Source of the DNA: a virus
Taxonomy: Duplodnaviria; Caudoviricetes
IMG/VR virus record: IMGVR_UViG_3300029286_001711
Strand: one strand, 5' to 3'
DNA length: 64,000 nt
Under the pieces are notes generated by a model that did not search any database, was not told the origin of the DNA, and saw only the letters and a list, made by a program, of their open reading frames with translations. Positions within the stretch are counted from its first letter, which is position 1; each line of letters opens with the position of its first letter. Of the stretch, positions 30,205 to 40,048 are shown one piece after another. Both the position numbers and the translations under genes were made by a program.

Positions 30205-30870
30205 ATGAGTATGGATCCTAAATTAATGGAAATTTTAAAGAAAGCTAAACAGATAGATAAGGCTGCTGAGAAATTCGATGGGAGTGCCCCTAAAAAATCA
30301 AATTCAAGAGGTTTAATGGACCAAATTAGTGGTGACCAATTAATTACCGCTGAAGAAATGGCACACAGTGGTGGTAGAATGATGGAATCATCAGTAACTA
30401 ACATAAAAAAGGATATTGGTAATCCATCATATAATTCCGATGTTAAAAATTCCAAATTGCCACCAGCAATAAAAAGAGCAATGTTGGAAAATCCGATACC
30501 ACAAGGTGATATTAATTACGGAACTGGTGTGGATGAAGAAGCGATTAGACAAATAAGAGGTTCTGATAGTATATCTGAAACTAATCGTCCTTATTATAAT
30601 GAAGAAGATGAAACTGACATGTATGATAAACCTGTTAGAAGAACTGAAACAAAAAAGAAAGTTATAAGAGAACAGATTAGTCAACCTATTGATATTGACG
30701 AATCTTATATTAGAAAATTAATAGCATCTGAAATAACTAAAGCCCTACCTAAAATTATTGAACACTATTTTGATAGTCGTTTAGTTAAAGAAAATGTACA
30801 ATTTAAAGCTGGTAGTACCACCTTTTCTGGTACGGTAATGCCAATGCCAAAAGTAAAAGGAAAAGGATAA
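30205..30870 (+). CDS. Hypothetical protein
   Basis: 221-aa ORF, mixed-charge, with several xxE motifs. Confidence 0.75.
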   Translation: MSMDPKLMEILKKAKQIDKAAEKFDGSAPKKSNSRGLMDQISGDQLITAEEMAHSGGRMMESSVTNIKKDIGNPSYNSDVKNSKLPPAIKRAMLENPIPQGDINYGTGVDEEAIRQIRGSDSISETNRPYYNEEDETDMYDKPVRRTETKKKVIREQISQPIDIDESYIRKLIASEITKALPKIIEHYFDSRLVKENVQFKAGSTTFSGTVMPMPKVKGKG

Positions 30871-30892
30871 TTCTAAATTAAAAAAACTAATC

Positions 30893-30949
30893 ATGGAAAA
30901 AGGTTGTGGATGTAAAGGTAAAAAAGGTACACCGAAAGGAAAAAGTTAA
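30893..30949 (+). CDS. 18-aa basic microprotein MEKGCGCKGKKGTPKGKS
   Basis: Not in ORF track; A-rich leader, ATG, TAA, then a terminator. Confidence 0.55.
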   Translation: MEKGCGCKGKKGTPKGKS

Positions 30950-30973
30950 TTAAAAACCCTTTACAAAAAGTAT

Positions 30974-31003
30974 AAAAACCGTCATTTTTATGTGACGGTT
31001 TTT
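30974..31003 (+). terminator. Terminator
   Basis: AAAAACCGTCA-N8-TGACGGTTTTT followed by more T. Confidence 0.85.
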
Positions 31004-31033
31004 TTATTTACAACAAATCGTCTTAAAAAATAT

Positions 31034-32350
31034 ATGAGCCAAATTAAAGTTTTAGTAATCCCTTCGGATCGTAGTGGTGTTTCGATGTTTAGATCAGTTG
31101 ACCCACATTTAAAATTACAAGAATTATACCCTAAAGAATTTTTTGTTGATATCGTAACAGCAGGAACTGACACTCTTAATTGGGATGATGATAGCTACTT
31201 AAAGCAATTTAATATAGTACATTTCCATAGAGCTGTTAACACCGTTGTCAATGGACAATTACAACCTGTTTACGGTGATGCTGCGAAGCATATCTTTGAT
31301 AAGCTTAAAAAAATGGGTATCACAACAATTATGGATATTGATGATTATTGGATGCCAACTCCCGATCACCCAGCCTACATGTTATTAAAACAGTCTAAGG
31401 TTGACGAATTAATCAAATCTAATATTAGAATTGTTGATTGGGTTATGACCACAACTGAAGTTTTTGCTAATGAAATTAGAAAGCTTAATAAAAATGTGAT
31501 TGTTGTACCTAACGCTATTGACCCTTCACAGGAACAATTCCAGTGTAAAGATGTTAAGAGTGATAAATTTAGAATTGGTTGGTTAGGTGGTTCTTCTCAC
31601 TTACATGATTTAGGTTTGATAAAACAAGGCTTAAATATTTGGATGAACGGTGAGGGTAAAAATGATACACAATTAGTACTTTGTGGTTTTGACTTAAGAG
31701 GTAATATTACAGAGACAAATCAACAAACTGGTGAGCAAAGAACCAGAAAGATTTTACCTATTGAAAGTGTTTGGTGTCGTTACGAAGAAATGTTCACCAA
31801 TAATTATGGTATACTTTCTCCAGAATATAAAAAACATCTTTTATCGTATAATCAAGATAATGATAAAGCTTACAACGATTCTAACGAACCATACCGTAGA
31901 GTTTGGACCAAACCCATTACCACTTACGCATCTAACTATAATATGTTTGATATTTCCTTAGCGCCAATTAAAGAACATATTTTTAACAAGTGTAAATCAC
32001 AACTTAAGGTTATTGAGGCTGGATTCCATAAAAAAGCGTTAATTGCACAGAATTATGGACCTTACACTATTGATTTAGTCAACGTAATTGAGTATGGTGG
32101 TAAAATAAATGAGAATGGTAACGCCATCCTTATTAACTCAGTTACAAACCATAAAGATTGGTTAAAAGCGATTAAGTTTTTACATAACAATCCAGATATG
32201 ATTAAGAAAATGGGTGAAAATTTATATAATACAGTTAACAGTAGATATCATATCGATGTTGTTACTAAGAATAGAGCTGAATTTTATAAGTCACTCGCTA
32301 ACGAGAAAAAAGAAGAAACAAAAGAAATTGTTGAACAATTAAGTAATTAA
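31034..32350 (+). CDS. GT-B (GT4-like) glycosyltransferase
   Basis: Start revised to 31034; DIDDYW, VVPNAID, RIGWLGGSSHLHDL, KSQLKVIEAG. Confidence 0.8.
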   Translation: MSQIKVLVIPSDRSGVSMFRSVDPHLKLQELYPKEFFVDIVTAGTDTLNWDDDSYLKQFNIVHFHRAVNTVVNGQLQPVYGDAAKHIFDKLKKMGITTIMDIDDYWMPTPDHPAYMLLKQSKVDELIKSNIRIVDWVMTTTEVFANEIRKLNKNVIVVPNAIDPSQEQFQCKDVKSDKFRIGWLGGSSHLHDLGLIKQGLNIWMNGEGKNDTQLVLCGFDLRGNITETNQQTGEQRTRKILPIESVWCRYEEMFTNNYGILSPEYKKHLLSYNQDNDKAYNDSNEPYRRVWTKPITTYASNYNMFDISLAPIKEHIFNKCKSQLKVIEAGFHKKALIAQNYGPYTIDLVNVIEYGGKINENGNAILINSVTNHKDWLKAIKFLHNNPDMIKKMGENLYNTVNSRYHIDVVTKNRAEFYKSLANEKKEETKEIVEQLSN

Positions 32351-32352
32351 AA

Positions 32353-33081
32353 ATGAAAATGAGTAAGGTACCACAAGAGAATAATTTTGATGAAAACAAA
32401 TTATTATTTCTTGAGATAGCCACGGTTTCACACGAAAAATCCTATTCTGATTTAGAGAAAAATAACCCTACTATAGCAAAAATATTTGCTGATAGTAGGT
32501 TTTCTCTTGCAGAAAGATTTCCCGATTTCAAATCTGGCATAGAAGAGAATAGAATTGATTCTAAATTTTTGTATGAAAAATGTGCAGGAATTTACCCAGA
32601 ATTTGGTAGAATCGTTTGTGTGAGTCTAGGGGCTTTAGATTCTAAGGGTGAAATTAAAATCACCACCTTTACTGGTAGTGAAAGAGAGATACTTTTAAAA
32701 ACTAGAACCGTTCTAAATACGGCAGCTTCGAAATATACCCTTTGTGGACATAATATAAAAAGTTTTGACTTACCTTACTTAGGTAAAAGGTACTTAATCA
32801 ACGGTTTAAGACCACCTTCACTACTCCCAACACATGAAACTAAACCTTGGGAGATAAAAGCAATAGATACAAGAGATATTTGGACTTTTAGTGGATTTAA
32901 AAGTTTTAGTTCATTACATTTAATAGCCAACTTAATGGGTATTGAAGTTACTTCATATATTAAAGGTGAAGATATCAGTAAACTGTTTTGGGATGGTGAA
33001 CTAGATAAGGTAATGGAATTTTGTGAATCTGAAATAAAAATAACAATAGAAATTATAAAAAAATACAATTCTTATGAGTAA
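32353..33081 (+). CDS. PolB-type 3'-5' exonuclease homologue, catalytically degenerate
   Basis: EFGRIVCVS, GHNIKSFDLPYL, KPWE..IDT; ExoI reads EIAT, ExoIII reads FCESE. Confidence 0.75.
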   Translation: MKMSKVPQENNFDENKLLFLEIATVSHEKSYSDLEKNNPTIAKIFADSRFSLAERFPDFKSGIEENRIDSKFLYEKCAGIYPEFGRIVCVSLGALDSKGEIKITTFTGSEREILLKTRTVLNTAASKYTLCGHNIKSFDLPYLGKRYLINGLRPPSLLPTHETKPWEIKAIDTRDIWTFSGFKSFSSLHLIANLMGIEVTSYIKGEDISKLFWDGELDKVMEFCESEIKITIEIIKKYNSYE

Positions 33082-33691
33082 TGATATGAATGAATACATT
33101 AAGGAATTAAAACAATTAAAATCCTTAAACCTTCTACCCCCAGAGGAGTTAGAAGAATTAGATAAATTAATTGCAATGATGGAAAGTTCCGATGTTCTTG
33201 GACTTACCCAGGAAAGTGATTATAGCGATTATAAATTACCAATTAAATTTGTTAATACATCGAAAAATCCAGACCCTAATTACGCAAAAGAAGGTGATTC
33301 AGGTATGGATTTAAGAGCTGAATTAACTGAGGTTGGTGGTAAATACGTAATGAAACCTTTTGAGAGGGCTTTAATCCCTACTGGTTTATATTTTGAGTTA
33401 CCAAACGGTTATGAGTTACAAATTAGACCTAGAAGTGGTCTTTCATTTAAAACAGGTTTAATGGCGATTCTTGGAACTGTTGATACTGGTTATCGTGGTG
33501 AGGTTAAAGTTATTTTAATCAATCTTAGTGATAAGGAATGTGTTATCGAACAAGGTGAAAGAGTTGCACAAGGCGTTATAGCACCAAGAGTTAGTAGTGA
33601 CTTTGGTAAGTTAATAAAATTAGAATCAACGAGTGAACTTTCTCAAACCGAAAGAGGTGAGAACGGATTCGGTTCAACAGGTAAGAAATAA
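33074..33691 (+). CDS. dut: Trimeric dUTPase
   Basis: All five motifs: GMDL, RSGLS, GTVDTGYRGE, ERVAQ, RGENGFGSTG. Confidence 0.95.
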   Translation: MSNDMNEYIKELKQLKSLNLLPPEELEELDKLIAMMESSDVLGLTQESDYSDYKLPIKFVNTSKNPDPNYAKEGDSGMDLRAELTEVGGKYVMKPFERALIPTGLYFELPNGYELQIRPRSGLSFKTGLMAILGTVDTGYRGEVKVILINLSDKECVIEQGERVAQGVIAPRVSSDFGKLIKLESTSELSQTERGENGFGSTGKK

Positions 33692-33996
33692 TGGGTGGAT
33701 ATAGACCAATGCCGAAGTATTTGACAATTAAACCTTCACATATTGAAGGGTTAGGTCTTTTTGCTATCGATAACATTGATAGTGATTTTAGAATCGGTGT
33801 TACACACATAAGAGACAATAGATTTCAAGATGGTTATTCAAGAACACCTTTAGATGGGTTCTTTAATCACTCAGAAACACCAAATTGTAGGGTTGTATAT
33901 GAAGATGATTTTATTTTCTTAGAAAACATTAAAGAAATTAAAGAAGGTGAGGAGTTAACTGTCCAATATACCTTCTATAACCCAAATAAAGAATAA
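33691..33996 (+). CDS. SET-domain protein (lysine methyltransferase-like)
   Basis: SHIEGLGLFA, FFNHSETPNC, IKEGEELTVQY. Confidence 0.85.
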   Translation: MGGYRPMPKYLTIKPSHIEGLGLFAIDNIDSDFRIGVTHIRDNRFQDGYSRTPLDGFFNHSETPNCRVVYEDDFIFLENIKEIKEGEELTVQYTFYNPNKE

Positions 33997-33997
33997 T

Positions 33998-34489
33998 ATG
34001 TCAGTAGTTGCGGTAAAAGTAGAGAAAAATAAAATCACCATAGGTGCTGATAGTATCTTAGTTTCTGGGTATACCCAAGAAAAAGATAAATTAGCTAAAT
34101 TATTCCAAAATGAATGGATGGTGGTAGGAGATGTTGGGCAAGCCCAAGAAGGTGCTTTATTTCAAATATTCTCACAAACTAGAAAACCAAGAGAATCTTC
34201 GGTTTATGCTATGACTGAATACATGTTTGAGTTTTATTCTTGGATACGTGAAAAAACTGAAGCAACTGAGTTACATAACAGTTATATCATCATCTTCCAA
34301 GATAAAGTATTTTTGATTGAGGGTTTCTTTGTGAAAGAGGTTAGTGATTACGCGGCTATTGGAGCTGGAATGGATTTCGCGTTAGCGGCATTATATCTGG
34401 GTTCAAGTGTGAATGATGCTATTAAAACATCATGTCATCTATCGATTTTATGTGAAGAACCAATTAATATTATAGAAATTAAAAAATAA
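33998..34489 (+). CDS. HslV/proteasome-beta-like Ntn hydrolase
   Basis: (M)SVVAV...IGADS, AAIGAGMDFALAAL; Ser at position 1 after Met removal. Confidence 0.65.
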   Translation: MSVVAVKVEKNKITIGADSILVSGYTQEKDKLAKLFQNEWMVVGDVGQAQEGALFQIFSQTRKPRESSVYAMTEYMFEFYSWIREKTEATELHNSYIIIFQDKVFLIEGFFVKEVSDYAAIGAGMDFALAALYLGSSVNDAIKTSCHLSILCEEPINIIEIKK

Positions 34490-34498
34490 AAATAAAAA

Positions 34499-34675
34499 AT
34501 GGAAAATTTATACGATTATTACTTCCACTACAACAACTATACAGGTGAGTGGAATGCCTTTTCAAGAGAAGAATGTTACATGGGTGGTACCAAAACAAAA
34601 AAGAAAATCTATACCAATAGAGACCTAAATAAATTAATCGACGAGATTAAGAATTTAGAGTTTCAATTAGTATGA
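34499..34675 (+). CDS. Small hypothetical protein, 58 aa
   Basis: Not in ORF track; MENLYDYYFHYNNYTGEWNAF...; ATGA overlap with the next gene. Confidence 0.65.
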   Translation: MENLYDYYFHYNNYTGEWNAFSREECYMGGTKTKKKIYTNRDLNKLIDEIKNLEFQLV

Positions 34676-36273
34676 TTAGTATAGTTTACTCTACCCGCAG
34701 TATTAATAAACAATTTCAAGAACACATCAAGAAAACTATTGGTGTAAAAGATTATGAGATTGTTGAAATCATCAATAACGGAGATAAGTCTTTAACTGAG
34801 TGTTACAACTACGGTTTAGATAATACAAAAAACAAAATTGTAGTATTTTGTCATGACGATATTATTCTAAAAGAAGGGTGGGGTAAGAAAGTTATCAAAC
34901 ATTTCAATAACACCGATTATGGTGTTATTGGTATGGCTGGTACCACTGATATGTCCGAAATTGGTCGTTGGTGGCAGGATTCAACTAAAATGGTTGGAAT
35001 TGTTTCACATACTAATGAAGGTAAGACCTGGGAGAATAAGTACTCCAACAACTTTAGTGATGAAATTATTGAGACCGTCATGTTAGATGGTCTATTTTTT
35101 GTTGCCCATAAAGATAGAATTAAAAATAGGTTTGACGAGTCCTTCAAAGGATTCCATTTCTACGATGTAGATTTCACTTTTAACAACCATTTGAGTGGAG
35201 TTAAGGTTGGTGTTATGTTTGATATTAAAATCACCCATAAATCAATGGGGGCAACTAATGACGAGTGGGAAAAAAATCGTGAACAATTTATTGAAAAATA
35301 TAAAGAAAAATTACCACACAATATTAAACCAGAACTAAGGTTTGAGACTAAATCAAAAAACCTTAAAGAAGGGCCTAAACTTGGGATTATAATTCCGACT
35401 AAAGGTAATGTTCAAATGTTAAAGGATTGCATCAATTCAATCTATAAACAAGGTGGTTATCCTGGCACTAGAATAACAATTTATGTAGCTGATACAGGTT
35501 CTACCCCAGAAGAGAAAAAAGAAATCGAACAGTTCTGCTCAAGTCAAAAATTCCTTTCAGATAGACATGGTGATGCAAGATTTATTGAATACGATTTCTA
35601 TAATTTCGCTGTTATCAATAATGATGTAGTTGAAAACCACATCGAAAAAGATACTGAAGTTTTACTATTTTGTAATAATGACATTAAACTTGTTAATAAC
35701 GCAATCGAACGTATGATTGATGTTTATAATAAGAACAAGAAAAATGTTGGTACTATAGGTGCACGTCTTCATTATGGGGATAACACGGTACAACATTCTG
35801 GTATTGTTATGTTTGTTAGACAAGATGCGGGTATTGGTGTTACACACCATGGTTTAAGATCTTATCATACATACCATGATTGTTTAATCAGAAATGTTTT
35901 TGGTAATACTGGTGCATTCTTGATGATTAATAAAAAACTGTTCGATGAAATTGGTGGTTTTAATACGAATTATAGAGAATGTTTTGAAGATGTTGAATTA
36001 AATGTTCAATGTATAAATCGTCATAGAGAAAATATTTTTGTTGGTGATGCTGTTTGTTATCACTATGAAAGTCAGACAAGAAATAAGAGTGAAGAAAAGC
36101 TTAAACGTGAATCGGAAGACTACACAAAAAAGTTAATCCCATTTATATTGAACAATAAAAGAACATATAATTACTTCACAAACATTAAAGCAAGAGATTT
36201 CGAAGCTTTAATGGAAAGAAGTAAACTTTTAAAACAGGGAGATATAGATAATGCGTTTAGGAATTTCGTATAA
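34672..36273 (+). CDS. Two-domain GT2-like glycosyltransferase
   Basis: VFCHDD (domain 1); IIIPTK, LLFCNND, TGAFLMI, FEDVEL (domain 2). Confidence 0.85.
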   Translation: MISIVYSTRSINKQFQEHIKKTIGVKDYEIVEIINNGDKSLTECYNYGLDNTKNKIVVFCHDDIILKEGWGKKVIKHFNNTDYGVIGMAGTTDMSEIGRWWQDSTKMVGIVSHTNEGKTWENKYSNNFSDEIIETVMLDGLFFVAHKDRIKNRFDESFKGFHFYDVDFTFNNHLSGVKVGVMFDIKITHKSMGATNDEWEKNREQFIEKYKEKLPHNIKPELRFETKSKNLKEGPKLGIIIPTKGNVQMLKDCINSIYKQGGYPGTRITIYVADTGSTPEEKKEIEQFCSSQKFLSDRHGDARFIEYDFYNFAVINNDVVENHIEKDTEVLLFCNNDIKLVNNAIERMIDVYNKNKKNVGTIGARLHYGDNTVQHSGIVMFVRQDAGIGVTHHGLRSYHTYHDCLIRNVFGNTGAFLMINKKLFDEIGGFNTNYRECFEDVELNVQCINRHRENIFVGDAVCYHYESQTRNKSEEKLKRESEDYTKKLIPFILNNKRTYNYFTNIKARDFEALMERSKLLKQGDIDNAFRNFV

Positions 36274-37033
36274 CTTATTTGACGGAGAAGAACTATTAGA
36301 AGGGTCAATAAGACAAATAAGGGAACATGTGGACTACGTGAGTGTAGTTTATCAGACAGTTTCAAACTTCGGTAACCCCTGTGATTCGAGATTAGTTCCG
36401 TTGTTGGAAAAATTAAAATCAGAAGGTTTAGTAGATGAATTATTTGAATACTCACCTAAAGTTAATAAAGGTGGGCACTCTAATGAAATTCAAAAAAGAA
36501 ATATAGGGTTATCCCTGTCTCAAGGTGCCGGATGTACACATCATATGTCCATGGATTCTGACGAATATTATCTACCATCAGAATTCGAAAATCTCAAAAA
36601 AAATATAATAGAGGGTGATTATGATTCATCTTATTGCCAAATGCAAACATACTATAAAAGTTGGGAGTATTCATTAGACCCAGCTGAAGAGTATTATGTT
36701 TCCTTAATCTTTAAAATCAAATCAGAGTCAAGTTACGTAATTGGAGCACCAGCTCCAGTTTTAGTAGATCCTACAAGAAGGTTAGTACCTTCAGATAGAC
36801 CTATAGTTCTAAAGAGGGAACAAATTCAAATGCATCACGGTTCTTATATTAGAAATAATGTAAGAGTTAAGTTACAAAACAGTTCAGCTTCCGTTAATTT
36901 TAATAATGATATCGATAGAATTGTTAATCATTATGATAATTGGATATATCCTAATAAAGTTTTATGGGGCGGGCTACCAAGTACATTACATAAAGTTAAA
37001 AAAGTAAAAAATCTATTCGAAAATGTTAAATAA
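36251..37033 (+). CDS. GT-A glycosyltransferase-like protein
   Basis: EIQKRNIGL, MSMDSDEYY DxD motif. Confidence 0.65.
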   Translation: MRLGISYNLFDGEELLEGSIRQIREHVDYVSVVYQTVSNFGNPCDSRLVPLLEKLKSEGLVDELFEYSPKVNKGGHSNEIQKRNIGLSLSQGAGCTHHMSMDSDEYYLPSEFENLKKNIIEGDYDSSYCQMQTYYKSWEYSLDPAEEYYVSLIFKIKSESSYVIGAPAPVLVDPTRRLVPSDRPIVLKREQIQMHHGSYIRNNVRVKLQNSSASVNFNNDIDRIVNHYDNWIYPNKVLWGGLPSTLHKVKKVKNLFENVK

Positions 37034-37676
37034 TTTTTTTGATAAAATATACTGTATAAATCTTGACAGAAGGGCCGATAGATGGGAAGAGTGTCAAAAG
37101 ATATTCACCAAATTAGGACTAGAAGTAGAAAGATTTTCTGCTGTTGACGGGAAACAGTTAACATTACCACAGGGTAGTGTTTATAATGCTGAGATAGCTG
37201 GAGCTATGAGTCATACTAACGTTTTAAAATACGCTAAAGAAAAAGGGTATAAAAATATTCTAATATTAGAAGATGATGTTGAATTTCACCCAGATACTAA
37301 CATACTATTTGAAAACTTCAGTAAACAACTACCCAAAGATTGGGAAATGATATTCTTTGGTGGTAACCACGTAGGTGGTGCCGCACCTGTATCTGAAAAT
37401 GTACAAAGATTATTTGGTAGTTACGCTATTCACGCTTATGGTGTTAAGGAAGATGTTTATGATATTGTAATTAAATTCATGTCTGACAAAATAGATATGG
37501 TGTTTAATAACCAAACAACTAAATATACACCTTCTGTAGCTGCAGATTATTTTATGGCCCAACTACATAAAACATTAAATGTTTATGGATTTAAAAATCC
37601 ACATTTAGCCTGGCAAAGAACCGATTTTTCAGATATTCAGGGAGCTGTGATGAATTATGATTTTCTGAAAAAATAA
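37023..37676 (+). CDS. GT25-family glycosyltransferase
   Basis: KIYCINLDRRADRW, ERFSAVDG, ILILEDD. Confidence 0.85.
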   Translation: MLNNFFDKIYCINLDRRADRWEECQKIFTKLGLEVERFSAVDGKQLTLPQGSVYNAEIAGAMSHTNVLKYAKEKGYKNILILEDDVEFHPDTNILFENFSKQLPKDWEMIFFGGNHVGGAAPVSENVQRLFGSYAIHAYGVKEDVYDIVIKFMSDKIDMVFNNQTTKYTPSVAADYFMAQLHKTLNVYGFKNPHLAWQRTDFSDIQGAVMNYDFLKK

Positions 37677-37677
37677 A

Positions 37678-38424
37678 ATGAAAAAGGCAGTTATATTTGC
37701 TTCATATATCCCCAGTAAAGATAAGGTTTACATTGGTGAAGAATTTCTAAATTTCTTCGAAAAAAACTATGTTGACTATGATGTGTATGTTGGGGTTAAT
37801 CCTTCGTGTGAAGAATGGATTACAGTTTTAAATCAAAGAAACATTAAATATAAAATCACACCAGAAGAACTTGTAGTTAATTCTGATGTTTCATCATATC
37901 AATCCGCTTTAAGTTTATTGAAAGAGTCAAGTAACGAATATGATTTATATGTATTTGCACATACTAAAGGTGTAACATCTGATGCACACACCTTTAGAGC
38001 ATATGTTTTTGATAATTTTTTAGGTAAAAATAAAGAAATTGAAAGACTTTTTGAAAACGATTCAGAAATGGGTCTGTTCTCTCCTTGGTTTGGTATTTGT
38101 TCAACTAAAGGATCTATTCAAAGTTCTTTAGATACTTTTTTAGGTGAAAGTGAGTGTAAAAACACAGATTTTATGGTGAGCTACACTTTTTACGCTATTA
38201 AAGGTAGTATTATTAATGATTTTATTAAAAAAGTTAAACCTATTTTTTGGGATAAAAGAATAACGGATATTGAATACCCATACTATAGTCATGTGGTTTT
38301 AGGTAGTCACATATATTGGAATTTCAACGTCATGGGTACATTAAAAAATGATATATATTTTTTCGAAAGGGATTTCCCGATGATTGTCGAAAGATATTGT
38401 CTTAAAATAACTAATAAATTATAA
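37678..38424 (+). CDS. RgpF-like glycan biosynthesis protein
   Basis: YVFAHTKG motif, FFERD C-terminal motif. Confidence 0.5.
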   Translation: MKKAVIFASYIPSKDKVYIGEEFLNFFEKNYVDYDVYVGVNPSCEEWITVLNQRNIKYKITPEELVVNSDVSSYQSALSLLKESSNEYDLYVFAHTKGVTSDAHTFRAYVFDNFLGKNKEIERLFENDSEMGLFSPWFGICSTKGSIQSSLDTFLGESECKNTDFMVSYTFYAIKGSIINDFIKKVKPIFWDKRITDIEYPYYSHVVLGSHIYWNFNVMGTLKNDIYFFERDFPMIVERYCLKITNKL

Positions 38425-38427
38425 ATT

Positions 38428-39225
38428 ATGTCAACATTAAGTTTTTCTAACATCGGAACATATGGTTGGTACGGTAACCAACTATATCAAATTGCCTCAA
38501 CAATAGGTATAGCAAATAAAAACGGTATGGATTATTTATTTCCAACTTGGAAGTATTCCAAATATTTTAAAAAAGAGTTACCACAATTACCTAAACCAGA
38601 ATTGGATTTGATTAAAGGCGGTTATATAGACAGAGAAGGACCCCATCACTTTGAAGAAGTTATTATACCAGATAAAACAAAAAACTGGGATATTGGTGGT
38701 TATTTACAGTCGGAAAAATATTTTGAACACTGTAAAGATTTAGTTTTTTCTTATTTAGAACTGAAAGATGAATATAGTGATTTTATTAAAACCACTTTCG
38801 ACCCAATTTTATCCAAAAAAAATTGTGCAATACATGTTCGTAGAGGTGATTACGCTAATTTTCCAGCGTACCACCCAATGTTAGGTATGGATTATTATAA
38901 TAAAGCTATGAGTCATTTTGATGATGATACTTTGTTTATTGTATTTTCTAACGATATGGATTGGTGTAAAGCTAATTTTATCGGTGATAAATTTGTATTC
39001 ATCGATGGTGGTGATAAGACCCTAGGTGGTGATGTGATAATTGAACATAACTTAATGTCTATGTGTCAAAATATAATTACAGCCAATAGTTCATTTTCAT
39101 TGTGGGCTTCAATTTTAAATAAAAATCCTGACAAAAAAATAATATGTCCATCAGTCTGGTTTGGTCCGGCATTAAGAGGTCATAGATTGGAAGATACGTA
39201 CCCTAAAAATTCAATAATAATTTAA
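38428..39225 (+). CDS. GT11 alpha-1,2-fucosyl/colitosyltransferase-like
   Basis: GxxGNQLYQ, GYLQSEKYF, AIHVRRGDY, ANSSFSLWA. Confidence 0.9.
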   Translation: MSTLSFSNIGTYGWYGNQLYQIASTIGIANKNGMDYLFPTWKYSKYFKKELPQLPKPELDLIKGGYIDREGPHHFEEVIIPDKTKNWDIGGYLQSEKYFEHCKDLVFSYLELKDEYSDFIKTTFDPILSKKNCAIHVRRGDYANFPAYHPMLGMDYYNKAMSHFDDDTLFIVFSNDMDWCKANFIGDKFVFIDGGDKTLGGDVIIEHNLMSMCQNIITANSSFSLWASILNKNPDKKIICPSVWFGPALRGHRLEDTYPKNSIII

Positions 39226-39226
39226 T

Positions 39227-40006
39227 ATGACAATCAACGAATTAGCGATAAAAAATAATACAGATAAAAGTAGTTTAGACCATAATTACGCACCACTTTA
39301 TCAAATGTATTTTGATAAGTTTGTTAAAGATCCTAAAAAAATATTAGAGTTAGGTGTTTATAGTACAAGCACTATACCAACAATTGAAACTGCCGCGGCC
39401 TCTTTGAGAACTTGGTCGGAATATTTTCCCGATACTAAAATATATGGTTTAGATATTAGTGATTATAGTATGATTAATAAAACTAAACAATTCCCAAACA
39501 TTGAAATATTTGCTTGTAACGGTGAAATTATTACAGAAAATGATTTCAACCAAATCACACATCCCTGGTTGAAAGAATTATATGTTCGTCCAGAAATGGT
39601 TGGTGGTAGGATTGGGTTAGAAAAGGTGATAGAGAAATTCGGATCGGAATATGATATTATTATTGACGATGGCCCACATACAATGTCAAGTCAACAAATA
39701 TTCTTAAAATACATGTTTAAACATTTAAAATCTAAAGGTTTATTTGTTGTAGAAGACTTACATACTAGTAGGAGTATGCAAATTGACCGTAGTGGTAAGT
39801 ATCAGTTTAATTCTTGGCCATATACGGAAAAAAACACACTTTGGATGTTTGAAAATTTCTTAAGAACTAGAAATAAAACAGGACATGGTAAAATTGAGTC
39901 AGATTTTATGACAACCGAAGAGGCGGAGTATTTAGAAAACAATATTGCTGAATTATATATTGAAAAAGGTACTTATTCTGAAATAACGTTTATTATAAAA
40001 AAATAA
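39227..40006 (+). CDS. SAM-dependent (sugar O-)methyltransferase
   Basis: TDK..HNY, ILELGV, IIIDDGPH, VVEDLHTS. Confidence 0.8.
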   Translation: MTINELAIKNNTDKSSLDHNYAPLYQMYFDKFVKDPKKILELGVYSTSTIPTIETAAASLRTWSEYFPDTKIYGLDISDYSMINKTKQFPNIEIFACNGEIITENDFNQITHPWLKELYVRPEMVGGRIGLEKVIEKFGSEYDIIIDDGPHTMSSQQIFLKYMFKHLKSKGLFVVEDLHTSRSMQIDRSGKYQFNSWPYTEKNTLWMFENFLRTRNKTGHGKIESDFMTTEEAEYLENNIAELYIEKGTYSEITFIIKK

Positions 40007-40048
40007 TAATAATAGTAATAATTTAAAAACAAAAAACAAAAAACAAAA

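Noticed and set aside
40007-40048. (TAA)n and (A5-6C)x3 micro-repeats
   Set aside because: Consistent with an A-rich, SD-less translation initiation region; no further structure.
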